Of a DNA stretch of 64,000 nt, positions 60,725 through 64,000 are shown one piece after another. The stretch spans positions 3,968,001-4,032,000 of the forward strand of contig NC_043020.1 in NCBI RefSeq assembly GCF_006345805.1. The letters are read 5' to 3'. The notes beneath the pieces are model-generated. The model was given only the letters and a program-made list of their open reading frames with translations. It made no database searches and was not told where the DNA came from. Numbering within the stretch: the first letter of the stretch is position 1; each line of letters opens with the position of its first letter. Source of the DNA: Octopus sinensis (lineage: Eukaryota). The position numbers and the translations under genes are program-made.

Positions 60725-63195
60725 CATCATCATCATCATTGTTTAACATTCGTTTTCTATGCTGGCATGGGTGGGACTGTTTGACTGAGGTCTAGAAAGC
60801 CAGCTGCTGCACAAGGCTCTAATCTGATCTGGTCATGTTTCTACAGCTGGAATCCCTTCCTAATGACAACGATTCTGAGAGTGTAGTGGATGCTTTTTAT
60901 GTGCCATCGGCATGGGAGCCAGTCAAACGACCCTTGCATCGATCACTTTTTGATAGTGCTTTTCATTTGCCACTGGTATGTGAACCAGTCAGGGGGCACT
61001 GGCATTGACCACGTTTTGATGATGCATTTTATGTGCCACCAACATGGAAGCCAGCCAGGCAGCACTGGCCACAGCTACGATATTGGTTTTACTCAACTCA
61101 ACAAGTCTTCTCAAGCATATCATATCGCCCAACGCATCAAGTGTGCTTTTTAATGGCCAGACATGCAACTCTGGCAGTGATCTCCCTTTAGAGGTCTCGG
61201 TCTCCTGTCATTGCCTCTGTGAGGCCCAACATTTCAAGGTCATGCTTCACCACCTCATTCCATGTCTTCCTGGGTCTACCTCTTCCACAGGTTCCTTCCA
61301 CAATTACGGTGTGGAACTTCCTCACACAGCTATCCTCATCCATACATAAGACATGAACATACCAGCGCAGTTGACTCTCTTGCACACCACATTTGATGCT
61401 TCTTATGTCCAACTTTTCTCTCAGGACACTCACACTCTATCGTGTATGCACACTGACATTACACATCTAGAGGATCACACTAGCTTCATTTCTTTCAAGT
61501 CTACACATGTCTTCAGCAGTCATGGCCCATGTTTCACTGCTGCGTAGCATGGCAGTTCACACACATGCATCATACAGTCTACTTTTCACCCTGAGCAAGA
61601 GGCCCTTAGTTGCCAGCAGAGGTAAGAGATCCCTGAACTTTGCCCAGGCTATTTGTATTCTAGCCGCTACACTCTCAAAGCAACCACCCCCACTACAGTC
61701 TTGGTCACCTAGGTAGCAGAAGCTATCAACTACTTCTAATTTTTCCTCCTGGCATTTAATGAATTCAGTTTTCTGTACATCTTCAGTGTTTATTGTCTCT
61801 GTGCATCTGCTGTACACAATCTTCCCGGTTAACCTTCCTTTGATATTACTGCACCTTTTATGTGTCCATAGCTTACACCAGGTTCATCTTATGGAATTTC
61901 TATCCACACCTTTTCTACAGATTGAGCAGGGCTATCTACCTGAAGGGGTTTGTGATTTGTCAGCTTTTCTACTTACTAAGAGCTTGGTTATTTCTCGGTT
62001 AACCCTAAGGCCCTTTGATTCTAGACCTTGCTTCCACACCCTAAACTTCATTTCTAGTTCTATGACTCAGCTATTAGAAGAGCTCCCAGGGTCAGTCTGT
62101 CTTGAATCCCTCTGTTATTGCCTGGAGGACTATGATGAATACGCAGGGGCTGAGGACTGATCCTTGGTGAACCCCCTACTTCTACCTGGAATTCTTCACT
62201 ATACTTGTTGCACATCTTCACCTTACTGACAGCATCTCTGTACAGGGCTTGTACAGCTCTTACCAACCACTTGTCTATCCCTAATTTCTGCATTGACCAC
62301 CAGACAAGGGATCAGGAGACTCTGTCAAAGGCTTTCTCCAAGTCAGCAAAAGCCAAATACAGAGGTTTATCTTTGGCTAGGTATTTCTCCTGCAGATGCT
62401 TTCATTCTCCACATTCAGCAGTCTTTCAGAATGGCATCTCCAAGCCTCTTCCTCTGCAGAATCATTAAACGCAAAGGTACCATCATCCATGCAGACACAT
62501 TTCTCTCCTATGATATCACAATTTTCTCTCACACACTGTCTTTCAATCAGAAATACTTCAGTTCTTTGGTCCCCACTTTGCTGAACATTAGCAAACTTCT
62601 CTGCTACTCCTTTCACTATATGTTTCCTAGCTTCCCTTCTGGATTTCTGATACAGTCCCCTACTATCCCCACTCTTCCAAGACTGTTTCTTTGCTAATGG
62701 CCCTATCTACAGTATTGTTTCACCACCATGTTACCCTAGGTCTGGAAGGGACTTTGCATCAGCCACAGATTTGGTCTGTGGTGCTCAGCAAGCTGTCTCG
62801 CAGGAATTCCCAGCTGCCTTCTATGTCACAGGACTGTAGCTTCTCCTCCTTATCATCAAATTTCTCAGTAAAGATATCCCTAAATCTCTGACCTGTGAAG
62901 GGTTCTTAAGCTTCCAAGTTCTTCTTTTCCAGATTGGTCTGCTTTTTGGCATCCTTCCGGCCTCGAGTCTAAAGTCACTAGTGGCTAGTCTATGCTGTGG
63001 GGTACATTCTTCACCAGGGAGGGTCTTTGTATTGAAGAGCAGCCATGCATCCCGCTGTCTGGTGAGAATAAAATCAATCTGGCTAGCAGAGTCACCTGAT
63101 CGATAAGTTGGTGTTGCAGATTAATAAGTTATTTGCATTGCAGAACTCCAGGAACTTAGTTCCCTCTTCATTTCGGGAACCAATTCTATGGCACC
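60725..63195 (-). mobile_element. RTE-clade LINE remnant (APE endonuclease end, RT, C-terminus, 3' UTR, (GAT)n tail), many stops and deletions
   Basis: GSRNEEGTKFLEFCNANNLLICNTN, QIDFIL, LVRAVQALY..GSVLSP, LEVVDSFCYLGD, GRGRPRKTWNEVVKHDL. Short copies of its 3' UTR at about 12180-12540, 15995-16205, 36360-36480, 46190-46330 and 63200-63350. Confidence 0.92.
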
Positions 63196-63355
63196 ATGTA
63201 CACCATGGAAGATACCAGGGCACGTAAAAAGCACCCAGCAGTAGAAACCTTGCCAAATCAGATTGGAGCCTGGTGCACCCCACTGGCTTGCCAGTTCTCA
63301 GTCAAACCGTCCAACCCATGCCAGCATGGAAAGTGGTCGTTAAATGACAACAATG

Positions 63356-63388
<33 letters not shown>

Positions 63389-64000
63389 CGTTCTACTATT
63401 TTTAAAGAAATCTCAAGAATCACTTAAAAAACTTAATAAACTTCAAAAACCCTGAAAGAATTTTTTCTAAGACAACTCAAAAAACCTCAAAAAATTTCAA
63501 AAATTTTATCCATGTTATTCTTGAAAAGTTTCAGAGTTTGGGGTTTTAAAGCTTTAAAAGTTTCAAAGTTAGAAAAGTTTAAAAATTTGAAAATTTCAAA
63601 AGTTCATGGAGAGACAGACAGACAAATAGATAGATAGATATGTATGTATAGATAGATAGATAGATAGATAGAACCTACAAGTTGCGTGTAATCTGTAGAT
63701 AGCCTCGTTGATAGAATTTTCTAGAAAAAATTTCCCCCTGTCTTGGTAACTCCTTTTAATTTATTCAATCAGTGTATTTCCTCCTCCTCCTCCTCCTTGA
63801 CTTTCCTTATCTCCTCCCCTTCTAACGGTGTCTCTGCCCTGTTGTCTAAGAAAAGGATCTCAAGATGTGTGGTGACAATAAGGGAGATAACTCAGAAGTC
63901 TTTTTCCTCCCCTTCCTCTTCTTGCTGCCATTACCCCTCTCTATTATACGCATTGTCCCTCCTACCACGGCGCTATCCTATATAAACCGGTGAAGAGCGC

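Noticed and set aside
60725-63350. Twin-priming inversion of the RTE LINE
   Set aside because: The + strand piece at 63200-63350 duplicates the 3' UTR already present at the other end and is clearly diverged from it, so it is an independent insertion.

Overview
AT-rich animal genomic DNA dense with microsatellites and repeats. The SINE, LINE and microsatellite content looks like an octopus (cephalopod) genome; this is by recognition only, not verified. Almost all ORFs in the supplied track are artefacts of simple repeats or transposon fragments, and the real genes are spliced. Genes reconstructed by hand from GT-AG boundaries and phase: (1) the last exon of an unidentified + strand gene (4090-4164); (2) EEF1E1/AIMP3, complete, - strand, 6 coding exons, 166 aa; (3) ATP6V0B (V-ATPase 21 kDa c'' proteolipid), complete, + strand, 7 coding exons, 216 aa, head-to-head with EEF1E1; (4) an unnamed small single-pass membrane protein with one FN3 domain on the - strand, 5' end unresolved. 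Between and within genes lie RTE LINEs, Penelope-like fragments, a piggyBac deletion derivative, maT/Tc1-mariner remnants, hAT and TTAA MITEs, a non-autonomous Helitron and many SINEs. Most notable: a family of type I hammerhead ribozymes at the ends of Penelope-like repeats, and a 1.2 kb foldback element carrying a cluster of GTCACGTG (CLEAR/E-box-like) motifs in intron 1 of the V-ATPase gene. Coordinates were counted by hand. Exon edges were checked by phase; repeat edges are approximate. Comparisons with human proteins are from memory.
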